Position numbers and translations under genes: made by a program. From Octopus vulgaris (lineage: Eukaryota): a stretch of 64,000 nt of DNA. The DNA is taken from the NCBI GenBank assembly GCA_951406725.2, contig OX597816.1, forward strand, positions 155,248,001 to 155,312,000, written 5' to 3'. The notes under the pieces are model-generated. The model was not told where the DNA came from. It did not search any database and worked only from the letters and a program-made list of their open reading frames with translations. Shown one piece after another: positions 1 through 16,442 of this stretch; position 1 is the first letter of the stretch; each line of letters starts with the position of its first letter.

Positions 1-3657
<3,657 letters not shown>

Positions 3658-6055
3658 CAGAATCACAACAACCAAAACCTCTTCAACAGACATGTCAACG
3701 GGGGACAGAATCACATACAGCAAAATACCGCAAATAGAAGAACCCCAGGATTCCTTTTTTAGGCAAGGGCATCAGTTTCCACGACACCAGATGGTAGATA
3801 CCAACCCCGAAAAACCAAAAGTAGTGAATCTTTCTAACCTAAACCTGTCGACACCACAAATAAAAATCCTTTCAAGAGGACTAAAATTCACCCCAACTCC
3901 GCAATACCCTAACCTGAGGAAAATACAGGATGACATCTCGCACTTTTGCAGAAAATTACGCCTCACAGAGGAATTTTTTGACAGAAAAACTAATAATAAC
4001 GACGAATCAATGGTCTGTAACAAAAGCAACTATAATCCCATAAAAGGCAAAAACAAAACCTTAGACAAATTTTGCGATTACATCTCCAACTTCCCTTATG
4101 GTGAACTTCCACAACCTAAACTCAAACCCAACACCAGTAAAAGAGAATGGGAAATCATCCATACGCTACGAGACAATCATGACGTCACAATAAAGGAAGC
4201 TGATAAGGGTAGTACGGTCGTTGTTATGAATACTGAGCAATATAAAAACTCTGTATCTCTCCTTTTAGAGGATACCACATACTACGAAAGAGTAGTCGAC
4301 TACCAGCAATCCAAAACAATGACCAATCTGAAGGCACTCATTTACCAACACCGGAATGACTTGACAGCAAAGGAATGCGACTACATTACTAAATTTAATT
4401 GCAAAACCAGCACACTCTATGGGCTTCTAAAAATACACAAGAGTCAAATTATCACAGAAGCTTGCAAAAAGTCCACTTCAACCTGCATCACTATACCACA
4501 TCCCACTGATCTCAAACTGAGACCAATAGTGGCAGGCCCAAGTTGTGAAACACACAGACTTAGCAACTTTATAGATATCATCTTAAAGCCAATACTGAAA
4601 CACATTCCAAGTATTGTAAGAGATGACCTGGACCTATTAAACCATCTCCCCAAACATGCCGATAAAGACACCTTAATCGTTTCTTTTGATGTTATTAATC
4701 TTTACACCACAATCCCACATGAATTTGGACTGGAAGCCATTAAATTCTGGCTGGATAAATATCCCAATGAGATCCCGGAAAGAATTAAAAAAAGAATTCA
4801 TAATTGAGGGCCTCAAATTTATTCTGCAAATTTCCACAACAACACTTACAGACAGGTCTCAGGGACTGCAATGGGTACGAAAGTTGCACCTACCTATGCA
4901 AACCTGGTGATGGCCTACCTGGAATCACATATCTATGAAAAATCCAAATATAAGTACGGCCAGTCTTTCCACAAATACCTGTTGGAGAACTGGAAACGCT
5001 ACTTAGATGATTGCCTCATCCTATGGTCCCACACACTCGACCAACTTATAGACTTCAAAAACCTTATCAACAGTGTAAATAACAACATTCAATTCACAAT
5101 GGAATATAGTCAGGACCAACTCCCTTTTCTTGACATCCTAATCATTAAAAAAGGCGTCAACATTGAAACTGACATCCATTACAAACCCACTGACTCTAAA
5201 CAATACCTTCTATTCACCTCCAATCACCCAAAACACACAAAGACAAATATCCCCTTCAACCTAGCGAGAAGAATCTGCACTATTGTCTCAAATGACACAA
5301 CACGAAATAGAAGACTCCGGGAACTAAGGGCAATTCTTCTCGAAAGACATTACCCGGCATCACTAGTAGACAACGGAATAGAACGGGCCAAATCAATCAA
5401 CATTCAAGACCTTCGAAAACCCAAACACATCCACAGTACAGTCAATAGCCTCCCTTATCTCTCAACACACAACCCAAGGAATGCAGAAGCTTACACTATT
5501 ATATACAACAACATTCCACAACTAAATCAAGACCCACGCCTGAAAAAAATACTGGCAGCTCATAAAATAATAAAAAGTAAGAGACAACCTAAATCCCTAA
5601 AAAACCTCCTCACCAACGCAAAATTACACAACACAAACCCACCGCCCACCATCAAAAAATGTGGTCGCCCCAACTGTAAGACCTGCATCCACCTCATTGA
5701 GGGATCGTCGTACAAGTTCCACTCGGGACACACATTCATCATAAAAAATAACTTCACGTGCGCATCAAAAAATTTACTCTACGTCATAAGGTGTGAAGGA
5801 TGCCACGAAGACTACATAGGGCAAACGAGCCTTACCCTCAGAGACAGAATGACAGTTCACCGAAAACAACTGAGGGACCCCTCCACAAGACAGATACCAC
5901 TAAGTGGACACTTAGACCTTTGTGCACACAATAAGTCCCCCAAATTCTTAGTCTTCCCACTATACCAATGCTCGGACAACACCACAGACCAAACACGAAT
6001 AAATAAGGAAAGTAATCTTATTCAAAAATACAGACCACAACTAAACATACTCTAA
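3658..6055 (+). pseudogene. PLE reverse transcriptase / GIY-YIG endonuclease ORF with two compensating frameshifts near 4790-4830
   Basis: PLE N-terminal LSRGLKFTP and IKEADKG, RT motifs LRPIV, SFDVINLYTTIP, GTAMG, RYLDD and LPFLD, and endonuclease NLLYVIRCEGCHEDYIGQT..R..H..E. ORFs 3554-4807 and 4871-6055 share a frame, while KEFIIEGLKFILQ lies in the +1 frame. Confidence 0.9.
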
Positions 6056-6205
6056 CATACCCCCTGGAAGCACATCCAGAGCAAGCACACAGGGACGCGC
6101 GCACGCTCACAGCATATCGTGCGGGCGGGCACATGCGCGCATCGGCACGCATAGGACACACTAGCGGGCATTGACCGCACACATACGTGGCATGCACACG
6201 CATGC

Positions 6206-6240
6206 ATTATATATATGTAGGTGATGTATGTGTGTGAGTG

Positions 6241-6274
<34 letters not shown>

Positions 6275-6445
6275 ACTGTGTGCGTGTGTGTGTATATGTG
6301 TGTGTGCGCGCGTTGTTTGTGTGTGTGTGTGTGCACGTGTGTATATATGTGTGTGTGTGTGCACTGTGTGCGGGTGTGTATGTGTGTGTGTGTATGTGTG
6401 TGAGCATTGTGTACGTGTGTATGTATTTACATATGTATCTGTTTT

Positions 6446-6478
<33 letters not shown>

Positions 6479-7520
6479 TGTGTGTGTATATGCATGGTAT
6501 GTGTGTATATGTTAGTACTTTGTTTGTGTGTATGTGCGGCATGTAGAGATATATTTGAGTGTGTACGCTATAGGTTTGTAATTTGTGTGTGTGGGGGGTG
6601 GTGAATTTTTTATATATATATATGTGTGTGAAAAAATATATGTATGTGCATGTATGTATGTATGTATGTGTGTATATATATATATATGTGTATATATATG
6701 TGTGTGTGTGTATGTGTGTGTGTGTATATTTATTTGCATGTTTATGTGTGTATAAACATGTACATTATTTGCATGCGCATTGTGTATATGTATATTGTAT
6801 GTATGTGTATTGTATATGTACGTGTACAATTAAGTGTATATATTTGTGTGTATGTGTGCACTGTATATATGTATATTGTAGGTGTGCTATATGTGCATGA
6901 ATACATGTATATGCATTGCGTGTATATATATGTATGCATTGTGTGTGTATGTATGTTATGTGTGTGTGTGTGTATATATATATTATATGTATGCGTATGT
7001 GTATGTGTATGCATTGTATGTATGTGTGTTGTGTGTATATGTGGTACATCTATGTATGTGTATGTAAACACTATTTATATGTATATGTGTATATATGTAT
7101 ATGCATTGTCTATATATATATATATTATATGTATGTATTACGTATGTATATTGCATGCATATATTGTGTATGTATATTACTTACATGCTGTATGTGTGTA
7201 TTGTATGTGTGTATATATATGCTAGGTGTATTTGTGTGATATTTATATTATGTATGTATGTGTGCGTGTGTTGTGTGTGTGTGTGTGTGTGTGTGTTGTG
7301 TGTGTATGTGTGTTATATATCTGTGTATGTTATATATAGATACATGTTATATTTGTGTGCTGTGTGTATATGTGATATATGTGGGTGCGTTGTGTGTGGG
7401 TGTGTGTGTTCTGTGTGTGTGTGTGTGTTGTTTGTATGTGGTGTGTGTTTGTATACTATGTGTGTGTGTGTGTGTGTTGTTGTGTGTGTGTGTGTTTGTG
7501 TGTATATATATGTGTGTGAC
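6206..7520 (+). repeat. ~1.3 kb degenerate alternating purine-pyrimidine (TG/TA) tract in the PLE 3' UTR (mirror at ~2020-3335)
   Basis: Complex TG/TA mosaic whose pattern is conserved between the arms. Confidence 0.85.
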
Positions 7521-7877
7521 AAACAGACGCTGTCTGACCAGCAGGCACGGACACATCTATTCACACCCGCATACTAACCTCCTGATAACCCCAAAATCAT
7601 TCATGCATAAAGGGGAAGTATACACCACATTGGCTACTTCTTCTGTTCTCTCAGTTCAGCCTTTCTGCTAATACTGACAGGTCAGTAAAAACATACTTAA
7701 AATATTCTGAGATGTACAAAAAAGCCATTTTAATTTTTGCTGTCAAAACGCTGTATATATATACCAAAGATTGTATATATATACATGTAATGTGACAATT
7801 TGCGACAACCAATAATTAACGCAACCAATTCCCAATAATATATTTGTTTTATCCTTTTCTGCCAAATTTTCCCAAAT

Positions 7878-8100
7878 AATGTGACAATTATGTATAAAAA
7901 AACATTTTTGAATTCATAATATCCAATGTGACAATTATGTAAAAAACATTTTTGAATTCATAATATCCAATGTGACAATTATGTAAAAAACTTTTTTGAA
8001 CCCATAATATCCAATGTGACAATTATGTAAAAAACTTTTTTGAATGCATAATATTCAATGTGACAATTATGTAAAAAAACTTTTTTTGAACCCATATTAT
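7878..8100 (+). repeat. Tandem array of ~44-bp units (aatgtgacaattatgtaaaaaac.tttttgaa...cataatat.c) in the PLE pLTR; also at 1-150, 1440-1660, 9310-9530 and 10600-10820
   Basis: About five head-to-tail units with no unique spacers. Confidence 0.9.
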
Positions 8101-8120
8101 TCAATGTTTCCTTAAATGTA

Positions 8121-8161
8121 ACTTTTGACAATCTTTTACCAAAGAGTGAAACCGGTTAAGT
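8121..8161 (+). ncRNA. Minimal type I hammerhead-like motif in the PLE pLTR (copies: 171-211 +, 1376-1416 -, 9248-9288 -, 10842-10882 +)
   Basis: ACUU / UUGACAA / UCUUU-UACC-AAAGA-GU / GAAA-CCGG-UU / AAGU gives stem I, a U3:A8 core, stem II with 2 extra nt and a palindromic stem III. PLE pLTRs are known to carry minimal hammerheads. Confidence 0.6.
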
Positions 8162-8200
8162 AAATAAACATCGTTTAAATTGCATTTTCAAACCTTTTTT

Positions 8201-8245
<45 letters not shown>

Positions 8246-8528
8246 GTGTGTGCGTATGTTTCTCTATACAGGGTTGGTCAAAAGTCACCTGGCAGTACAT
8301 CAAAACCACTTAGATCCAAGATTTATTTATGTTTAACAACTGAATGAATTCAATAAGAGCATCTAAATATGAAGCATCATGAAACGTTTTCTAACGGAAG
8401 TCCTTCTTGAGCGACACATTTTTCCGTTCGAATCAATACACAATTACAGATAGTATTTATGGAATTTTGATTTACTCTCGAGTGACTTTTGACTAACTGT
8501 GTATATATAGCAATGGAAAGAAAGGTTA

Positions 8529-8578
<50 letters not shown>

Positions 8579-8607
8579 GGATGGATGGATGGATGGATGG
8601 ATGGATG

Positions 8608-8697
<90 letters not shown>

Positions 8698-8784
8698 AGA
8701 TAGATGTGTATATGAATTAAGTGTATGTATGTGTGCGTATGTATGTTTGCAAAAGTACATATATATTCATATGCACACAGATAT

Positions 8785-8965
8785 ATCTATTATATAAAAG
8801 TCAATGTCTGTGTGTTTGTTTGATTGTGTGTTACTTATAGAATTGAAAACTACTGGATGATCCTAATAACATTTGGAACACAAAATCCAAGCCTAGGAAA
8901 AAGGATAATGCTGTAAGTTTCATACAATTTCGAGGGAGCATAAAGGGGGCAGATACAATGCAGTA
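8785..8965 (+). mobile_element. Helitron-like 5' end remnant (mirror at ~480-662)
   Basis: Begins a|TCTATTATATAAAAG followed by a tgtctgtgtgtttgtttg stretch, the same layout as the Helitron 5' end at 43972. No 3' CTAG end was found. Confidence 0.4.
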
Positions 8966-9101
8966 TATGTTTGAAAGTGAGTTGTCCATTCGTTATTTTG
9001 GTTTCCTCTAGCTTTGATCTCTTTTACAAACCCAGTGAACATTCATATACTTCTGATTCATGTACAGACATATATATATACATATATATGTATATACATA
9101 C

Positions 9102-9165
<64 letters not shown>

Positions 9166-9170
<5 letters not shown>

Positions 9171-10108
9171 TTGAGTTGTGGGGTATCGCACGAGTGGGAT
9201 TATATAAGAAAAAAGGTTTGAAAATGCAATTTAAACGATGTTTATTTACTTAACCGGTTTCACTCTTTGGTAAAAGATTGTCAAAAGTTACATTTAAGGA
9301 AACATTGAATAATATGGGTTCAAAAAAGTTTTTTACATAATTGTCACATTGAATATTATGCATTCAAAAAAGTTTTTTACATAATTGTCACATTGGATAT
9401 TATGGGTTCAAAAAAAGTTTTTTACATAATTGTCACATTGAATATTATGCATTCAAAAAAGTTTTTTACATAATTGTCACATTGGATATTATGAATTCAA
9501 AAATGTTTTTTTATACATAATTGTCACATTATTTGGGAAAATTTGGCAGGAAAGGATAAAACAAATATATTATTGGGAATTGGTTGCGTTAATTATTGGT
9601 TGTCGCAAATTGTCACATTACATGTATATATATACAATCTTTGGTATATATATACAGCGTTTTGACAGCAAAAATTAAAATGGCTTTTTTGTACATCTCA
9701 GAATATTTTAAGTATGTTTTTACTGACCTGTCAGTATTAGCAGAAAGGCTGAACTGAGAGAACAGAAGAAGTAGCCAATGTGGTGTATACTTCCCCTTTA
9801 TGCATGAATGATTTTGGGGTTATCAGGAGGTTAGTATGCGGGTGTGAATAGATGTGTCCGTGCCTGCTGGTCAGACAGCGTCTGTTTGTCACACACATAT
9901 ATATACACACAAACACACACACACACAACAACACACACACACACACACATAGTATACAAACACACACCACATACAAACAACACACACACACACAGAACAC
10001 ACACACCCACACACAACGCACCCACATATATCACATATACACACAGCACACAAATATAACATGTATCTATATATAACATACACAGATATATAACACACAT
10101 ACACACAC

Positions 10109-10143
<35 letters not shown>

Positions 10144-10960
10144 CACACGCACACATACATACATAATATAAATATCACACAATGTGTGTGTGTGTTGTTG
10201 TGTGTGTGTGTGTTTGTGTGTATATATATGTGTGTGACTGACAAACAGACGCTGTCTGACCAGCAGGCACGGACACATCTATTCACACCCGCATACTAAC
10301 CTCCTGATAACCCCAAAATCATTCATGCATAAAGGGGAAGTATACACCACATTGGCTACTTCTTCTGTTCTCTCAGTTCAGCCTTTCTGCTAATACTGAC
10401 AGGTCAGTAAAAACATACTTAAAATATTCTGAGATGTACAAAAAAGCCATTTTAATTTTTGCTGTCAAAACGCTGTATATATATACCAAAGATTGTATAT
10501 ATATACATGTAATGTGACAATTTGCGACAACCAATAATTAACGCAACCAATTCCCAATAATATATTTGTTTTATCCTTTTCTGCCAAATTTTCCCAAATA
10601 ATGTGACAATTATGTATAAAAAAACATTTTTGAATTCATAATATCCAATGTGACAATTATGTAAAAAACATTTTTGAATTCATAATATCCAATGTGACAA
10701 TTATGTAAAAAACTTTTTTTGAACCCATAATATCCAATGTGACAATTATGTAAAAAACTTTTTTGAATGCATAATATTCAATGTGACAATTATGTAAAAA
10801 ACTTTTTTGAACCCATATTATTCAATGTTTCCTTAAATGTAACTTTTGACAATCTTTTACCAAAGAGTGAAACCGGTTAAGTAAATAAACATCGTTTAAA
10901 TTGCATTTTCAAACCTTTTTTCTTATATAATCCCACTCGTGCGATACCCCACAACTCAAC

Positions 10961-10962
<2 letters not shown>
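9166..10962. mobile_element. Non-coding PLE derivative made of two inverted pLTR copies (minus 9166-~10182, plus ~10183-10962) forming an asymmetric hairpin between (TA)n tracts
   Basis: Both halves match the distal 3' UTR (about 7230/7465-8208). Both outer ends carry a 33-nt extension, atcccactcgtgcgataccccacaactcaactt, next to (TA)n. Confidence 0.88.
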
Positions 10963-10991
<29 letters not shown>

Positions 10992-11490
10992 TTGCGCATA
11001 TATATTATATATATATATATGCATATAGATATATACATACATACCGCCCACATATATATGCATATGTATGTATGTCATTCAGTTTTATTTCAAGGGTTCT
11101 TGCATATAAAGACCCTGTTTTTTTTATCAAGATCCAAGACTCCTTCATTGGAATTTCAGCATCAATAATAGGATATTTTTGTTTACTTGTGTACGTTTGT
11201 ATGTATGTATGTATGTATGTATGTATGTATGTATGTATGTATGTATGTATGTATGTATATATGCATGTATGTATGTGTTTATGTATGCATGTATTGCATT
11301 TTCGAATTGTCGAAATTAGTGTGGGTTACATGTAATATGTTGTAATATCTCGTAACCATTATTCATAATCATGATTTTTCTGAACCATATATATATATTT
11401 GTGTGTGTGTGTATGTGTGTGTGTGTGTGTATTTATATGTGTATGTGTGTGTGCGTGTGCATATATATATGGTTATATTTTTCTTACGAA

Positions 11491-11529
<39 letters not shown>

Positions 11530-11565
11530 CTCTTTTTCTTCTCTTGGCATTACAACACTTCCAAG

Positions 11566-11722
11566 GTGGATGATGACACGAATGAAACCATTCCATTGAT
11601 AATAGCTGGTGGCGGCGGTGGCATTGGTGTTGGTCCCTTCCAGAAAGATCCGTCTGTCTTATATTCGGATATCGACTTTACTATTAATGGAACAAACGGA
11701 AATATGTCCATTTCCGGTGCTG
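11566..11722 (+). CDS. ALK: ALK/LTK-family RTK internal exon (Gly-rich region)
   Basis: ccaag|GTG...GCT G|gtatg, phase 0/1. Translation VDDDTNETIPLIIAGGGGGIGVGPFQKD...NGNMSISGA matches the ALK PLIIAAGGGG motif. Confidence 0.9.
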
Positions 11723-13469
11723 GTATGTTTGTTTAGCTATATAAATCTTCCTTCTGTTGTTTCTTTTTGTTTTATTTCTCTGCTTTTAATCTGCGATAAA
11801 GTTAATTGCTTTCTATGTTCTAAGCAACTTTAAAATGTTATGTAAAAATTGACTTCGGTATCCATAAGAGATTCTTCATAGGTCGTTGCCTAGCTCTCAC
11901 CATTTAATGGATCTAAAACGGATGAGACAAAAATCTTCTGGTGCAAACGCTTGTCAATCACACATGTGGTTAGGCTCTGTAGATATGTGTTATCTAATCG
12001 CAATGTATTAATGACATTTGAACGCTAATGGATTATCATGCTGATCGACAACATCTACATTACCTTTGAATGCTCGGGCGCATCCACCATATGTTATAAA
12101 GCAATTTATCCCCTTCTCCCCCTCTCTTTAGAGATAACATGCCTCTGCATGATATAAAAATAGTAATCTTTTTGCTCATCAAAAGTGTTATCACGCTTGC
12201 TTATTACATGTTCTATCTGTGACTGTACCTGCTAATGGTGAGAACTATATAACTTCGATAAACTAGCGAAAACATAAGTTAGTGTTAAAATATTTAATGC
12301 AGAGCGTCGAAATATTAATTTGAAATACTTTTGCGGCGACGAAAACTATTAGCTTCATGATTAATGTTGTTTTACTATTTCATCGACAGGTCATGTTTCG
12401 GTTTCATTATATCTCCTCAATAAAACATTTTATTCACCATACTTGCTGAAGTAGTAATATGACAACTAATAATGATATATAAAATAATATACATTAATAA
12501 GTAGCAAAATTAATCGTAGTTGTTCTTTCTAAATCAATTACGGCTTAAACGACTTTCTTTGTATTAATTCAAATGTTCTTTCATTAATTATCATCAGTAC
12601 TGTAACTTTTGATTTGTTGTTTTCTTTCAAATTTTCGGTTTTCCTCCCGGCTCTAATGTAAATTAATTAAAAATCATATTTACCGTATTTAATAAACTAT
12701 TTCTCTTATGAAAATACACTACATTAAAGGCTTAATTATAGGTGCGCAGTTTGAAAGATATTTAAGAAAAAATCTACTTTTAATTTATTTTCTTGTTAAA
12801 ACAGTAAATAGATAACATTTAATCTGATGCATTTAACCTAATGTCTATTTTAGATCCCACTAATTAAACGTAAATGAATATGATTTCATCTATTATGTAT
12901 CAGGCAACCTGTTAGATCCTTATTTGTGCATTCATATTAACCAAAGTTCTGCTAAACGATGATCATTAAAATTGATATTCTAATTTTCTTCAATTAGCTG
13001 TATTCCCTTTATTCTGCATATAACTGCTCTAAACAACAGGGTTAGCAACAGTGCTGTATAATCGATGCGTTTTATAAGATTGCATTGTGGAAAAGATTCA
13101 CACTCTATGTATCAAGAAGAATTTCTAGGTACGCGGAAGGGAAAGCCTGAGTAAGGCAAAGCGTTATCATGAATGACGGAATGATATTAAGCGTTGTTTA
13201 TGACTGACAATAGTTGTGACATATGTGAAATGAAATTATTGTAATTAAGGATAAAATCAAAGACAGAATCACGTATATCTAAAGTCATATTCCACATAAC
13301 TGCTCAATCTATGCAAATATAAACCATCCATATGATATAAGATTTTCCCTAAGGAGGCACAGCTTAATTACATAGTAATGATTTTGATAAATGCAATTTT
13401 GTGAGAAAAGAGTTGATAGTATAAAGATAATTGTAGCACAATTTATGGAAAGAGTTGATGTTGCATTTG

Positions 13470-14390
13470 ATTTTAAGACTTCTTTTACAGAATATCCTCC
13501 CAGCCTTCCATCTCTCCATCTCTCTCTCACTCCCTCCATCCATTTATGCATCCATCCATACATACATGATAAACAAGAGGGACAAAGGTACAACCAAACT
13601 TGCACGTTGTGATGCAAGATGTCTGTTCTGCTATACTGATATGGAAGATATCACCCACATGATCGACAGCTGCCCCAAAATATCTACATAATACTGCCTG
13701 CCATGAGGCATGAAATATTTTCAAAGACTATTTACAATGCCATCTGTAGGACGGATTTCTCTGAAGTATACGTTAAAAGTATATCAGAACCAGTATGTAT
13801 TCACACCTTTAAAAACAAGGAACACCGCTGGATCACTCCAGTGAAAACAGCAGTTCGTTACCAACATAACAGACCTGATATTGCTCTGTGGGACTGGGAA
13901 CAAAATTATGCATTGCTGTAGAGGTCAGCTGCCCAGCAGATATGAATGTACCATCAAAAGTCCAGGAAAAAGAGAATATTTATGGCTAAATAATGCAGAA
14001 CGTGCAGCTCTTGTACCCTGACTATAAGTTATCATTTGTACCTATAATCATAGGTAAATTAAGTTATGTAGCAACAAATTTACACAAAATACTAGAAATA
14101 CTAGGTTTTCTGAAGAAAGAGCAAAAGAAGGTGACGCGGATTCTCCAAGTCCAATCTATTAGTGGCAAAAGGAAGATTCGTAAGACATTCCAAAAATTCT
14201 CCGAGATCCCTTAAGTAAATAGATGCGCACGCTTGAGTGTGTCATTTGCCACCGCAATCGACACACTAACTCAACCACATGTCTACAAACCCCGAGAACT
14301 CACTTCACTTGAAAAGTCTTATCGTTCTGTGAGCGACTGGCTTGAACTCTCTTGAGAAAAACTTAAATAAAACTCAAAGACAAAAAATGA
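13470..14390 (+). mobile_element. Degenerate 3' fragment of a restriction-like-endonuclease LINE (Dong/R4-like)
   Basis: Across frames: CLFC...EDITHMIDSC zinc knuckle, RH, HNRPDI, EVSCP, VPIIIGKL. Confidence 0.65.
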
Positions 14391-16373
14391 TGGTTGCAAC
14401 TCATTTTCGTGCGACGCCACTGAAACATGAACAGCATGGATGCAGCTTTTCATTCTGCCAGGGACCTAAAGTCCTTTGCACAGCTGTGGTGATGATGGGT
14501 GCCACTTGTTGCAGGTTTCATTAGAGCTGAGCATCCACACCAACATATAAAAACATATATGCATATGTGCATGCGCGCACACGTGTGTGTAATCTTCAGA
14601 GAATGCAGTGACTGGGCGGTGCGTTAGAATATCGGACAAAATGTTTTGCGGTTATATATATTGCTACCTCTTACGTTCTAAATTCAGATTCAATCTAAGT
14701 TACCTATGCTTCGATAAAATATTTAGCAGTCGAGTACAGGTGAGAGCAGCTCACATTTTAAAACGAAAAATGATTTCTCCGACTCTTCTCAGTTTTTTCC
14801 CCTCTATTTTGCAAAATCCTAATCCTCGTGGTCGCATATGTGGGAGCCCCAAGATATTTTCGAAAGAAGAAAAACTCAAATTATAGGTGGTGGTCCGACA
14901 TGTCAGTCTGAAAGTGAAGCGTGAAACAAAAATTCTTACCATACGGATTGTAAGGATAATGGTAGGAAAACTGAGAAGGGGAAGAAACAACTCGGATTCT
15001 GGTGAGGTGAACTTTGCCTTCGTTTTATTCTATACCGAATGAAAACAAAAAACATTGTGTATCGATAAATGTCGTTACAAGCAACCATGTGTTCCTTTCT
15101 CATTGCCTTTCAATATAATATTGTACTAAAACATGAAGTTACTGTTGTTTTGTCTCAGGTTAGCTCTGATTACACTTTTAAAATATTCTAGCCTAAAATA
15201 TTCCCCCTTTCAATCGGATATTTTTCGTCTGGGATTACATTGACCCACGTTTTTAGTTTTGAAGACAGTCAAGTGTGATTTAAGAGATACTTGCCTGCTA
15301 TTTCTCGCATGTCGAGTGGTCACATAAAAATTGACAGTGCCGATTAATACGATGCAATTACATATGCAATAATAGGAACGCAGTTAATATTAATTATGAT
15401 AGAATACTTAGATAAAAGTCATTCCGTTCTATGTGAAAGTTCATTAAAATGCAAACATTTCCCCCGAGTAAAGAATATTTCCCGGCAAACAAATATATTA
15501 GACTCTGATGTCTTCATCCTATTCTCTATTAAAAGTTTTTTTTCCGATAAAGGGGTTTCGTAAAATGGTTAGCACTAAAGGACAGCGGAATACTTCGGTA
15601 CGTAAATAATTACATGATATTTAATGTTGTTTACCGTTGTTCAACCGATATAGGTATTGATTCTGTATTTATTTAATAAGCATCAGAACTACTTAACAAA
15701 CGTCCAAACTGATGATTTCCCTTACCGCATTTCATTTGCGATTATTTTAAAGTAAAGTAAATTGCTATTTTCTAAACTGGTTACTTAATGTTTTTAACTT
15801 AAGGGAAAGATCTATCATACACAGAACATTAAGGAAGCCGAAGATGAATATAGGACAATTGATTGCATCAAAAGTTAGTGAAAGCAAGTAACTGTACTGA
15901 TTAAGTAAAAAGATTTAAGATTAGAATAGAAGAAACAACATGTTGTGAGGCTGATCTCTTTCTCAGCAACATTAGCGGCATGAGAGGAAATAGCTTCTCT
16001 GTATACTTACACTTGCATTTGATTTTCTAGTTGAACTCTTGCTCCGTACAACTTGGCACTAGCAAAATAATAGTTTCTAGTAAAGCCTCAAGTTTATATA
16101 ATATTTTGAAGAGTTTTTACTCATGGGATGGATAATACCTTGTGAAATTCAACGTAAAGTAAATAAACTAAAGCGTATAATGAAAGCCCAAAAGTTTTGA
16201 GTTAAAAGCAAAACTGTCTGGTTGTTTTAGTCACAGTGAGTCAATGCTAAGCTCGAAAAAACTAATATCATTGTCTTTATTTTCTTCTTGTCGACATTTT
16301 ATTTCTTATTTAATCGACCCCAAAAGGAGATAGTGCTTTAGGATACCATTGTAGAAGAGCCCTGGAATGTTAA

Positions 16374-16406
<33 letters not shown>

Positions 16407-16407
16407 A

Positions 16408-16439
<32 letters not shown>

Positions 16440-16442
<3 letters not shown>

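Larger units (their letters stand above)
3658..8208 (+). mobile_element. Penelope-like retroelement (PLE), Neptune-type, 5'-truncated, with ~2.1 kb 3' UTR/pLTR ending in a (TA)n tract
   Basis: RT and GIY-YIG are encoded in one (disrupted) frame, with a Cys-rich linker CGRPNCKTC typical of Neptune PLEs. An inverted partial copy lies upstream, a known PLE arrangement, and the 3' end runs into (TA)n. Confidence 0.9.
5882..9458. repeat. Right arm of the giant inverted repeat (mirror of 1-3657)
   Basis: Reverse complement of 1-3657. It contains the GIY-YIG C-terminus, the 3' UTR, (TA)n, a MITE, (GATA)n, a Helitron-like remnant and the start of another pLTR. Confidence 0.95.

Noticed and set aside
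7578-7625. Possible hammerhead at ctgataa-cccc...gggg-aag
   Set aside because: C3:A8 mismatch, GAAG instead of GAAA, and no convincing stems I or III.
7878-8100. CRISPR-like array of ~44-bp repeats
   Set aside because: Units are contiguous with no unique spacers, there are no cas genes, and the context is eukaryotic.
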